Source of the DNA: Tubiluchus corallicola
Lineage: Eukaryota > Animalia > Priapulida
DNA: 50,016 nucleotides
Reading direction: 5' to 3'
Assembly (NCBI GenBank): GCA_030141605.1
Contig: JAQGDQ010001277.1
Coordinates: 1-50,016 of the forward strand
Below are positions 39,101 through 50,016 of the stretch, piece by piece. Each line of letters starts with the position of its first letter. Position 1 is the first letter of the stretch. Both the position numbers and the translations under genes were made by a program. The notes beneath the pieces were generated by a model, which ran no database searches, was not told the DNA's origin, and was given only the letters and a program-made list of their open reading frames with translations.

Positions 39101-39227
39101 ATTAACTCTAGCTTGCCGTGGAATGAGTGGGTCGTGCGTGTGTACGTTTTTTAATTGTTAAAACTCATGTAAGCAAAATTTTCAGAAAGCATATCAGCGC
39201 AAATAGTCGCCTTAAACTTGAAAACTC

Positions 39228-39318
39228 GTTGATCACCTAGGCAACGTTGATCACCTAGGCAACGCTGATCACCTAGGCAACATTGATCACCTAGGCCACG
39301 CGGATCACCTAGGCAACG
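39228..39318. repeat. 18-bp tandem repeat, about 5 copies
   Basis: Unit TGATCACCTAGGCAACGT. Confidence 0.9.
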
Positions 39319-39469
39319 AGGTTTCAGGTCTGGTTAATGCTATGTGACGCGTATTCGAACAGTAGCCATTACGTTCGAGAGAATTACGCATACATGGAAA
39401 CACTTTCGAGTGTTCAAATACAAACAGTTGCAAACGCTTTACGCGTCGCGCATTATGCACGAAAGTAGA

Positions 39470-40068
39470 AAAGTTTGATACCAGAAAATTTTGGCACCAG
39501 GGAAATTTGGTACTCGGAAAGTTTGGTACACGGTAATTTTGGTACGAGAAAATTTTGGCACAAGGGAAATTTGGTACTAGGAAAGTTTGGTACACGGTAA
39601 TTTTGGTACAGGTAAATTTGTAACAATATTTTTTAAGGTACAGGCATGATGATAACGATAGCGGTGGTGTTGGTGTTGGTGGTAGTAATCACAACATAAG
39701 AGCGAGCAAGAAACAGATAAACAACAACAACAACAACACTGACAAACAAACAAAGAAGAAGCGAAAGAAAAACAAATGCATCTAACTTTCCTTGTACCAA
39801 ACTTTCTTTGTATCCAGTTTTGCAAGCACCAAGTCTTCTCAGTACCAAACTTTCGTAGTACCAAACTTTTTCGGTATCATTTTTACCTCGTACCATATTT
39901 ACTTGTACAGAAAATATTTGACAAAACTTCGTTAGTGTCATATTTACCAGTACCACATTGTCTCTGTATCAAATTTTCCCAGTACCAAAATTTCTTAGTA
40001 CCAAAATTACTAGTACAAAACTTACCTTTACCAAACTTACCACAGAAGTACCAAACTTACTATGCACC
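39470..40068. repeat. Foldback-like inverted arrays of about 16-bp subrepeats
   Basis: Left arm (AAAGTTTGGTAC)n at 39470-39623; right arm (GTACCAAACTTT)n at 39795-40068. Confidence 0.75.
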
Positions 40069-40290
40069 ATAACGCACACAAGGAGGCACGACTTAAAACA
40101 GGGCTTACTGAAAATGCAAGTTTAATAAAACAAGTTTAGTACTTAAAGCAATAATTATGTTGCAATGATAGACAATCAGTTCTATCAAATTTTGGTATTC
40201 TTTTGGAATGAAACAATGGTCTTTGACGAAAAACAATCGTTTGTGGTTCACACACAAATACTATAAGAAAAATGCAAGCCAGCAGTGAGT

Positions 40291-40776
40291 ATGGAAAAGG
40301 AAATTCCAGATGCAAAAAGATTTTGTGGTACATTTCTTCGGAGCAAAACATACAGCTATTTTTTTATAATACTTTCTGTTGCTGGTGGCATTGTACTTGG
40401 TGAGAGAGTTAAAAATATTGGACTAAGTGAAAGGCAAATTATGTATCTCAGCTTTCCTGGTGAAATTTTTCTAAGCATGATGGAAGAATTGATACTTCCG
40501 CTTCTGGTATCCAGGTTGATATCTTGCTTAGCGTCACTAGATGCTAAAATTTCCGGACGGATGCGTTGGGTAACTGTAACTTACTACGTCTCTGCTACTT
40601 TTATCGCTGTCTGCCTCGGGATTGCTGTAGTGTTTGTAATCAAGCCAGGTTATCACAAAGGAAACATCCACAGGTCTTGGAGGGAAGCTTCCAGGCCTTC
40701 AACTGTAACAGACGGTTTTCGTGATTTAATAAGAAGCATGTTTCCTGACGATATTGTCACTGCTTGCATAAAAAAG
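40291..40776 (+). pseudogene. SLC1 paralog C first coding exon (open frame, but divergent and orphaned)
   Basis: [14 protein letters not shown]...[18 protein letters not shown]|gtaagt. Conserved LRMLKA..SSLISG has become LSMMEE..SRLISC. No internal SLC1 exons found downstream. Confidence 0.78.
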
Positions 40777-41670
40777 GTAAGTTCTTGTGGCTTCTAAGTT
40801 ATAAGTCAGGTAACACAATTGATTTTAAACAATAACTTTTTCACAGTTACAGTGATTGATGATGATCGTAAAAAGGTTAATGGTTAAGTGTACCTGACAA
40901 CGCATTTGTGCACACTTGACAACGCCTCGCAGTCGCAGCCCAAGCTGTTGAAATAGTAACAGTTTTAACAGCTAGCAAGTACCTTACCTGGTTCCTTTTT
41001 TCTTGCTCCCAAACAAGATCCTGATTGTACACTCTATACACGGACTAAAGACTAATTAAGTAGAGTTCATGTAAAACAACTGAAGCCATTGAACTGATGC
41101 CACAGACGGTTTTTGTTTACTCACATGTCACCTGAAGGTTGTATTTAAGATCCGTTGCTGGTACATTTAATCTTTCTCCTAGAGCAACTGCACTAGCAAC
41201 AACGAAACTTTGAAAAGGCTTATTCTAGTTACCTGCCCAGTCAGTTACGGATTTGTAAATTCCCTGTTATTTGCATTTTTATTAATGCTTCAAATTCCTG
41301 TACCAGCAAGTATGTTGCCTAATAAGACTACAATATCATGTTCACAGGACAGAAAGCACAGAAAATGTTTCTTTAGTATTTTTTCTGCATTAATTTTATT
41401 ATTTTACCTTTTGACATTTTCGAATTTAAATAAAGTTTTGTTGAAAAAAAAGTGCGTTTTTATTTTTAATAACCACCATCATTTTCATCATCGTCGTCGT
41501 TATAACCATCATCATCATCGTTCATATTGTCATTGTCATCTTTTTTTTGATTATTTGATTTATTTGTAGTTTAGTATTCGTTTTACGTATTGGCGGTAAT
41601 ATTAGCTTCACATCTGTACAAATAGTATACTTACTGATACAGTCGTGGCCAAAATACATACATATATAAC

Positions 41671-42491
41671 GGAAAGTGCGGAAACAATGGTTTCTTTTCT
41701 CACAAAGGTGTGATACTTGAATGGATGAACAACAGCCACATATCGCTCAGTTGCTATCAGACACAAGTTTAATGCACTTGCATTCACCATTCCAAGTTCA
41801 AATATGTACAGCACCAACACAAACACTTGGTTTGACAACACAGCTGAATACATCACTGTGGTAACTTCTGCTGGCATTGATAAACCAACAAAAATAACTC
41901 AGTTACTACAAGTGGCTAACAATACACATATATGTAATATTTGTATTATATATTTTCATCTGCATCACATTTGCCTGGCTTCCTTGAATTTGACTATGTA
42001 TCTGTAAGACGTGCGTTCCTGCAGTTTTCCAAATTAGGACATACAGTACAAAAATCATAAACACTGGTAAATGGTATTTGTACTGCAAGTGTACTTTGTG
42101 GTTATAAAATCCCTATGAATAGAAATGGAAAAGCACCACATATCTCTCTGTTGCTATCAGACACAAGTTTAATGCACTTGCATTCAACATTCCAAGCAAA
42201 AATACGTACAGCACCAATGCAAACACTGGTCTTGATGCCACAGCTGGATACAACACTGTGGTCACTTCTGCTGGTGTAAATCAGTTACTGCAAGTGAAGC
42301 AACAAGAACATTTGTTTTACTTTGTAAACGAGTAAACTTACAAATTGCAAACAGAACTAAAAAGTGTCCACCTATTATAGAAATACCCAGTAAGAGGAAC
42401 AGCAGAACTTTTATTGATATCACAGATTTTGCTAAAAAAAGTTACCCTGTTTTCAGTTATGTTCGTGGTAAGAAAATCAACCAAAAACGAA
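41671..42491 (-). pseudogene. Scrambled class A GPCR pseudogene fragments
   Basis: 42135-42491 N-terminus to TM3 with indels; 41954-42072 TM5-ICL3 (LPVFMIFVLYVLIWKTA); 41671-41914 TM2-TM4 (CLIATERYVAVVHPFKY). All closely resemble the 45164-46131 copy. Confidence 0.88.
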
Positions 42492-43806
42492 GGAAAATGA
42501 ACACTTTCTTAGTAACACATCAAAATCAGAGAGAGCAAAATTCACTCTCTTTTCTTTTGTGCTGATAAGATAGCAAAAACAATTTCCACATGCAATTGTT
42601 ATACATGACTTTAAATGCATTAAGAATAAAAAGTCACAAATAACAAATGTCATAAAATTATCAAACAAGGAAATTTCATTTTAAGCTAAATTTGTTCTGA
42701 TGATAATTAAGAAGACTGATTGAGTCTCATAACAGTGCTCATTATATAATAATAAATAAAAATAATGAAATTTCTTTCCATGGCTGTAATGACGAAGCAT
42801 GCTTGTTGACTAGGTTACTGGGACAGCCTCTTATAAACATTATGCAACCTGTGAAACTGTTGTCCAATGACTACTATGGCACTTCAACTGTTAGATGCAT
42901 GTAATGTGCGTATTATCACACCTGTGAAACTATTGTCCAATGACACTTTAGCACTTCAACAGTTAGGTGTTTGAAATGTCTACGTATTACCACACCTGTG
43001 CAAACTTCCTTTCATTTCTTTTCATTTCTGATCAGAATAGACAGGTAAAACATTACCCACTGCAAACATTTTACTGAACACGGTAGAAAACCAATTTTAA
43101 CAACATACTCACTATTAATATGTTATCACTATCAACACAATAAGGATAGATACAACAGTGCATACAATATATAGTTTAAATACAGTAACAGACTCTTATT
43201 TAATGTATCACCAAATTGTTTAAACTACACAGATTTTCTCTAGTTAGTTGGGTACAAAGCTGGTTCACTTTTGTAACACAATGAGAAAAATCTTTGGTCA
43301 AGTAGCATAACTGCTTTACAGATAATAATGGAAACAAATAAGTAAGTTTAAACAAAAAACTATCACTATTTTCAATGCAGGTTATGAAAAATCTCATTAT
43401 TTGGCATTAAATATAAAAATTGTTATATTTTTTTTCTTCATTCTAATATTACTACAGTTGACATCATTTAAATATTTATTCATCTGTAAAGCATTTATTA
43501 ACATGTCAGTTTGCATCGTTACAAAATTTGGCATTGTAATTTATCTTGTCAGTAGTTTATTACATGATTCGGGACACTGCAAACTCCAAATAAAAAGGAA
43601 CTGTTAAGAACTAAAGTACTGCAACTAGTCACCATTAATCTAGACAGTCTCAACGTTGCTTAAATGGTTGAAAAACACATATAATAACCACTTGCCTCAA
43701 GAACGTGTTTGATTATCTATTCCTATTCAAAAATGCTGTTTACATGTACGTTCTATGTCAGGAATGCTAGTCGCATGTGATTAATGCAATTCTCCGCCAC
43801 TGTTTG

Positions 43807-44700
43807 TCAAAACAAAATTTCCTTGAAAGCCATTCTAAAGTCAGTATTAGAAAATGCATATATGATTGGATTAACGGCACTGTTGGTTAATCCAAGTGCA
43901 AATGGTATCGATATCGTACTAGTATAGTCCTCCTCTTCATAAGAAAATATGTAACAAAACGTCTCATACACATACTCAGGTCCCCAACATGCTAGGAAAG
44001 CAACGGTAACAATGGCTAAAGTTTTTGTTGCTTTCATTTGCATCACGCTGCTCTGGCTTCCCTGATACTGACTGTGAATCTGTAAAACATGCCTTCTTGC
44101 AGTTTTCCAAATTAGGGCATACAGTACAAGAATCATGAACATTGGTAAATAAAAAGCTAAAATATCATCAAGAATCAAAAGACTCCGTGCTTTGAAGATG
44201 ATATTGATGAAATGTTTAATAACTGCCTCAATGAAAGCAACGAACCATGTAATGCAAAGTGCAGCAACAATGGCTTTTTTTCTCGTGATGGTGTGATACT
44301 TGAATGGATGAACAACAGCTATGTATCTTTCAGCTGCTATCAGACACAGGTGAAACGTGCTTGCATATACCAACCCCAATTTAAAAACGTGCTGCACAGC
44401 TACAAATACTGCATTTGATTTCAGAACCGGATACAACAATGCAGTAATCTCTCCTGGCATTGATAAACCAACAAGTAAGTCAGTTACTGCAAGTGAAGCA
44501 ATGAGAACATTCGTTTTAGTTTGCAAACGAGGAATCTTATAAACTGCAACTAGAACTAACAAACTTCCTGCAGTTATAACAATGCTCATAATCGTCAACA
44601 GCAAGACTAATATCACTATCTCGTTTTTGGCCAAAAAAGTGGCCTCATCTTCCGTTAAATTTACTGCAGTAAAATTAACCAAAAACGAAGTCGAGTTCAT
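43807..44700 (-). CDS. Intronless rhodopsin-like (class A) GPCR, loosely aminergic/adenosine/TAAR-like orphan, 297 aa
   Basis: Seven hydrophobic segments; SLAVTDLLVG, AERY..V.HP..Y, W4.50, FYLP, FLACWGP, NSAVNPIIY and helix-8 FRMAF; N-terminal sequons NST, NFT, NLT. Confidence 0.93.
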   Translation of the reverse strand: MNSTSFLVNFTAVNLTEDEATFLAKNEIVILVLLLTIMSIVITAGSLLVLVAVYKIPRLQTKTNVLIASLAVTDLLVGLSMPGEITALLYPVLKSNAVFVAVQHVFKLGLVYASTFHLCLIAAERYIAVVHPFKYHTITRKKAIVAALCITWFVAFIEAVIKHFINIIFKARSLLILDDILAFYLPMFMILVLYALIWKTARRHVLQIHSQYQGSQSSVMQMKATKTLAIVTVAFLACWGPEYVYETFCYIFSYEEEDYTSTISIPFALGLTNSAVNPIIYAFSNTDFRMAFKEILF

Positions 44701-45163
44701 GATCAGAGAAGTTTTTAGGTGTCATCAATAAAAGTCAAACCTTCAAGCAAGTGTGCAGAACTACAAATTTTTACTACAAAAACAGAACAAGTTACCAACT
44801 GCGACTGCTCATGTTACTTGTCACTACAAAGCTAGCTAAGGGGAAATCTGAAAATGACCATGCACGGTAGCACGTGCAAGGTTGCTAGAAACAAACACAA
44901 CATATATAAACGATAGAATGGTCATTCTCACACAATATTGATACAGCATGATTTAGTAAACATGCATACAACACTATAACCTTAGACTATTATAATTGGA
45001 CATTGTTAGCTCAACTTAAATATGTTGGCAACTGTGTGTAAACTATTCGGCTGCTTCATTATATTAAGCTCATTAACCTATCGATCTATTACACATAAAA
45101 TGTTGCTCAATTTTGTAGCACGTCTTTGAAACATTACTTGGATGTTGGCTTCAAAAAACTTGG

Positions 45164-46131
45164 TCAATTGTGCGCTCTATTTGAAGAATTTTGCTCACTT
45201 GAACGATTTCTCAGTTTCATACTATTAATGCAGTTACAAGACAATTTATGCAAAAATAAAATTTTTTTGAAAGCCCATCTAAAATCTGTGCTAGAGAGCG
45301 CATATATGATTGGATTAATGGAACTATTGGTGAATACAAATGTAAATAAAAACTGAGTTACTTCATGATTCTCTTCATAAGGCAATATATAACAAACTGT
45401 CTGATACAGACAACTGGGACCCCAAAATACCAGAAAAGCAAATGTAACGATGGCTAAAGTTTTTGTTGCTTTCATCTGCATCACATTTGCCTGGCTTCCT
45501 TGAATTTGACCATGTATCTGTAAGACGTGTCTTCTTGCAGTTCTCCAAATTACAGTACAAAAATCATAAACACTGGTAAATAAAATGCTAAAGTGGCATC
45601 AATGACTAACAGACCATGTGTATTGAAAATGTTTCTGAAAATAACACAAAGCGCTGCCGCAGTTAGAGCAAAAATCCAAGTAATGGAAAGTGCGGCAACA
45701 ATGGTTTCTTTTCTCACGATGGTGTGATACTTGAATGGATGAACAACAGCCACATATCGCTCAGTTGCTATAAGACACAAGTTTAATGCACTTGCATTCA
45801 CCATTCCAAGTTCAAATATGTACAGCACCAATACAAACACTTGGTTTGACAACACAGCTGGATACAACACTGCCGTCACCTCTGCTGGTGATGATAAACC
45901 AACAAGTAAATCAGTTACAGCAAGAGACACAACAAGAACATTTGTTTTAGTTTGCAAACGAGGAATCTTACAAACTGCAACCAGAACTAATAAGTTTCCA
46001 GCTATTGTACCAGTACCTAATAGTAGTAGCAGCAGAACTTTTATTGAAATCACAGACTTTGCTAAAAATGTAACCCCACTTTCTGTTGTGTTCATGGTAG
46101 TAAAATCAACCAGTAACGAAGATGTATTCAT
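45164..46131 (-). pseudogene. Intronless class A GPCR paralog with a 7-nt frameshifting deletion in TM5
   Basis: MNTSSLL (ATG at 46131) to FYLPVFMIFVL, then TAA. Alignment with 44101-44130 shows loss of gggcata near 45552. The other frame continues IWRTARRHV...FWGP...NPIIY to a stop at 45164. Confidence 0.87.
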
Positions 46132-46293
46132 GTTCACAACATCGCATTTCGAAAAATGTTCGAAAGGTTTGCAAAAGCAGAGCATTTGCATTCGTAAATG
46201 TCCGTATCATATTTTCACTGCAATCGAAAATTTACAAGGAAACCACTGTCAGCAACACAAGCGAACTAGGTATGATCATTTTCCCAGTGATAC

Positions 46294-46800
46294 AGTATAA
46301 TGTCATTCATTCTCACAATGATGCGATATAATGTCATTCATTCTCACAATGATGCAATATAATGTCATTCATTCTCACAATGATGCAATATAATGTCATT
46401 CATTCTCACAATGACGCAATATAATGTCATACATTCTCACAATGATGCAATATAATGTCATTCATGTTCACGATGATGCAATATAATGTCATTCATTCTC
46501 ACAATGATGCAGTATAATGACATTTACTCTCACAATGATGCAGTATAATGACATTTACTCTCACAATGATGCAGTATAATGTCATTCATTCTCACAATGA
46601 TGCAATATAATGTCATTCATTCTCAAAATGATGCAATGGAATGTCATTCATTCTCATAATGATGCAGTATAATGTCATTCATTCTCATAATGATGCAGTA
46701 TAATGTCATTCATTCTCACAATGATGCAGTATAATGTCATTTGCTCTCACAATGATGCAGTATAATGTCATTCATTCTCATAATGATGCATAATGTCATT
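46294..46800. repeat. 31-bp minisatellite, about 16 copies
   Basis: Unit AATGTCATTCATTCTCACAATGATGCARTAT. Confidence 0.95.
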
Positions 46801-47324
46801 TATATTAAAAAGCCCAACAGCTAGGATGATAACATTTCTATTCAAAAGGATTTTATAACCACAAAGTACACTTGCAGAACAAATACCCATTACCGTGCAA
46901 GTTTACTTTGATTCACGAAAGCATTTCAGCAATTAGGCAAGTGCAGCGTGTATTGTTAGACGGCAGCCATAAATTTGCTCTAGCTTAAACTGCAAGTGTA
47001 TGAGGCCTGATTTCCGGCTGGCTAGATGTACTTCATAAATGCATACAATAAACATTACGACACTTTGTAAACTAAGTTTGAATTTAATTCAAAACAATTT
47101 TTTCAGACACAAAAAGTATTCATAAAATTAGTTGCACACAGTAAATGGTAAAAGGTAAATGAGGATTACCTAAAAGAGAAATCTAATAAACAAATTAAAA
47201 ATATATATATACATATGAATCATTACACATAGGCCTGCAGAGTTAAGTAAGTCTGAAAGATTTGTGAAATACGTGAGTTATAACATATGTCCCACCATCT
47301 ACTGTGAAGTTTAAGGGTACAATA

Positions 47325-47460
47325 CAGTGTTCCCTCGCTACTTCGCGGTTCGTTTATCGCGGACTCGCTGTTTCGCGGGTTTTCAAAAATATTAATATAA
47401 AATAGTTATCGCGGTATTTTCGCTGTTTCGTGGGATTTGCGGTACTCCGTCTAAAGTATT
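47325..47460. mobile_element. Single end of a pogo/Tigger-like element
   Basis: TA|CAGTGTTCCCTCGCTACTTCGCGG followed by repeated TCGCGG submotifs; no partner TIR found. Confidence 0.55.
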
Positions 47461-47758
47461 TTTGCACATGCGTAGTACGTATTGTACAGTAATGTATAGA
47501 CCTGATGAATTTTGCATAAAAATCACAAAATGTACAAAAATATATTAAAAATATTAATTCTAACATTAAAAGAACATTGAAAATCTTAAAAATTATAATT
47601 TACAGTGAATAGTGTATTTATTCGGCGGATGAATATATATATACATATGAATCATTTGAACACATAGGCCTGCAGAGCTAAGTAAGTCTGAGAGATTCAT
47701 CATCATCATTATTATTATTATTGTTTTAATGATGATAAAAAGACGTTTTCTCGTCTAG

Positions 47759-47927
47759 GGACAGATTTCGGACTGCAGTAAACGTTTGGGGTGACTCACT
47801 CGGTGCAGGAATCGTGGAGCATCTGATTCGTGACCGTCTTTCCTTTTCAGATGCCCATCTTTGCGCAGGAAAACCGTCTTCTTCTAGTCGCCACATCAGC
47901 AGGGAGAATTCCCGGTTATGCATTTAA
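47759..47927 (+). pseudogene. Orphan SLC1 terminal exon (paralog C)
   Basis: ttctcgtctag|G GAC AGA TTT CGG ACT, encoding [22 protein letters not shown]...RLCI TAA. Confidence 0.82.
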
Positions 47928-48937
47928 CGGATTCCTCTATGCTGAAGGGCTTTTTGAGCCTTGCTTCGATTTGTACACATCATTGAATACCGATGTTTTG
48001 CAAGAACACAGTTCTACTTGAAAAAGTGTTTTTTTCTTCTGCTTCAGTTTAACATTTAATTTTTATTTATTTAAGCAAATTTTCACTTAAAAAAGCCTTA
48101 CAGAAAATTAGCGAATTGCTATACTGCAGATAATTGTTGAACGGACACGACAAAAAGCTCTAAGCATAAAAAGCAGAAAACTGTAAATTTGAAAAATTAA
48201 TGTGGTTGACAATGGATATGATTTAAGATAAATGAAAAAAATCTACTGCGATGAATTTTATTTATGTCTTGCTATTATCATCATGTGTGTGAAAGATATT
48301 TGTGAAGTCGAAATTGAACACTGGTATAAACAACTAAACACAAGATTAAATATTTGCACAAACTAAAACACTTTTATTGCACTACATAGTTATAGGTAAC
48401 ATGACTGCTACACTGAGGACCAGCGTGTCCTGCAGTGATCACGAATGAGTAGACAGAGAGTGACTAGCAATGAAATCTAGCCAGTTTATATAGGTTGAGA
48501 AGTATGCAAGAACTTGGCTTCACATATCCCATTACAGTAGAATAGGGGAGATACAGTGAGTTTGAATATTCACTGGTACATACAATTGCATTAAGGGGTG
48601 AATTGAACTAGTAAATGTTAAAGTAACGAATCAATAGATGGCAGCACCTAAATATACAGTTACAACTTTCACAATGTGGTTTAAAAGTCCTTTAATGTAA
48701 TTATTAGACTGGAACACAAATTTAATAAACTACTAGATGTAAAAGTGCAATCTTGATCGTGCTATTATGATGCTTTTGCTGTTTCCTTACAACTTCTTAG
48801 TTTTCAAGTAGGTGTTGACAATCATGGAGACAAAGTAGGTCTAACTTGCAAAAGTTTCAGAATATGACATTTTGTAATGGTATAAGTGCAAAAAGCATGA
48901 AGGCGAATAGGACTGTTAGAAGTACGGGTAGTTGAAT

Positions 48938-49139
48938 CTTCTTCTTCTTCTTCCCAGCTTTTCCCTATGCGGGGTCGCCGTTGTGAATGAGTCTTCTCCA
49001 CGCATTCCTGTTTTTGACCATCTCTTCATTTATGTTCTTCTCTCTACGATCTCCATTAATACATTCAAACCATCTCAGCTTGGGTCGTCCTCTTCTTCTA
49101 TTTTCCAGCACTTCCATTTCCATGACCTCCCTTCCCAAA
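48938..49139 (-). mobile_element. 5'-truncated RTE-clade LINE
   Basis: Minus strand encodes GREVMEMEVLENRRRGRPKLRWFECINGD...RNAWRRLIHNGDPA*, then a (GAA)n tail. Imperfect 15-bp TSD TACGGGTAGYTGART at 48923-48937 and 49140-49154. Confidence 0.87.
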
Positions 49140-49859
49140 TACGGGTAGCTGAGTCATGTCACAAAAGCCTCCAAAAACTATGTAAATTTTGATAAAGGCA
49201 TTAGAAATAGTGATATTTCACCTGTAATATAATTTAGTTGAAAGTAAGCTTTTGTATTTTTTGAATATATTTACGATTACAATATACTTTACAATATAAT
49301 TAGAATAATTAACAACTAGGTTCTAGGTTCAACGTATAAGATCGTATAACTTGATTGCCGGGTTATTTGCTCAAACGAATCTTTTTGCACGTTAAATTAA
49401 AAATTATATTAAACGTTAACTGACACGATGTCACTAGACCCATCCACCGATAATAATTAATGCACATATATTCTACCTAGTATTTTCTTGACGCATCCAG
49501 CATCTTATTTATCAGCAAAATGCAGGCAGAATACAACAGCATCCACCTGTACCATCCCACTCTTCAGATTTCAATTCTAAAAAGATTGCAGGAGAAACGA
49601 CCACTCCTGACTCCCAAATAAACTGAACCACTTCTAGGACTTTAAGAGACAAAGACGGTTTGTCAAATACGTCACAAAAAGCTTATTACAACCGTTCCTA
49701 ACCTTTTACTAGCCAAGTGCCCTTTCGAAATTCAACGATCTGCAACGTACCCATTAAGATTTTTTAGTAATATCAATTTCAAGAAAACATTTTTTACTAC
49801 TATTGTGAAGTTTTATTAGCTTTAATTTAATTTTGGAAACAAATAAAATAAGAAAGAAG

Positions 49860-50016
49860 CCTTTGCAATTTACACAGTATTTGTTTGCAGTATTGTCTCT
49901 ACTTATACTCGTTCTTAAAAACCTTTATTTTCAATTTACACGGTTAGTTATTTGTAGTATTCTCTGTACTTATACTCCTTCTTAAAAGCTCTTACTTTCA
50001 ATTTACACGTGTATTT
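49860..50016. repeat. Degenerate tandem repeat of roughly 70 bp running to the window end
   Basis: caatttacac...gtattNtct...acttatactc.ttcttaaaa repeated. Confidence 0.7.

Noticed and set aside
40840-40890. Possible exon 2 of SLC1 paralog C after tttttcacag
   Set aside because: The phase-0 reading hits TGA at the third codon and shows no similarity to the loop exons of A or B.

Overview
AT-rich, microsatellite-rich eukaryotic DNA with GT-AG introns, probably from an invertebrate animal; the taxon cannot be fixed from sequence alone. The window holds a tandem cluster of SLC1 (EAAT-type glutamate/aspartate transporter) genes on the + strand. Two are complete: A (2617-14392, 8 coding exons, 528 aa) and B (25613-37816, 7 coding exons, 615 aa). 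Two are broken: a first-exon-only pseudogene with an expanded KRxS-rich N-terminal repeat (19906-21042), and copy C, of which only the first (40291-40776) and last (47759-47927) exons were found. The interior of C is occupied by antisense intronless class A GPCR genes: one intact, one frameshifted, and scrambled fragments. The most unusual structure is at 21060-25210. An ATG-bearing mini-exon is followed by a 3.3-kb 44-bp minisatellite and then six tandem units, each reading as a phase-1 Asp/Gly/Glu-rich exon, separated by near-invariant 35-nt GT-AG introns. Together they give a hypothetical 203-aa acidic protein. Introns and intergenic DNA contain hAT, piggyBac-like and pogo/Tigger-like non-autonomous elements, LINE remnants and many tandem repeats. 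All gene models were derived by hand from splice signals and frame continuity, with no transcript data.
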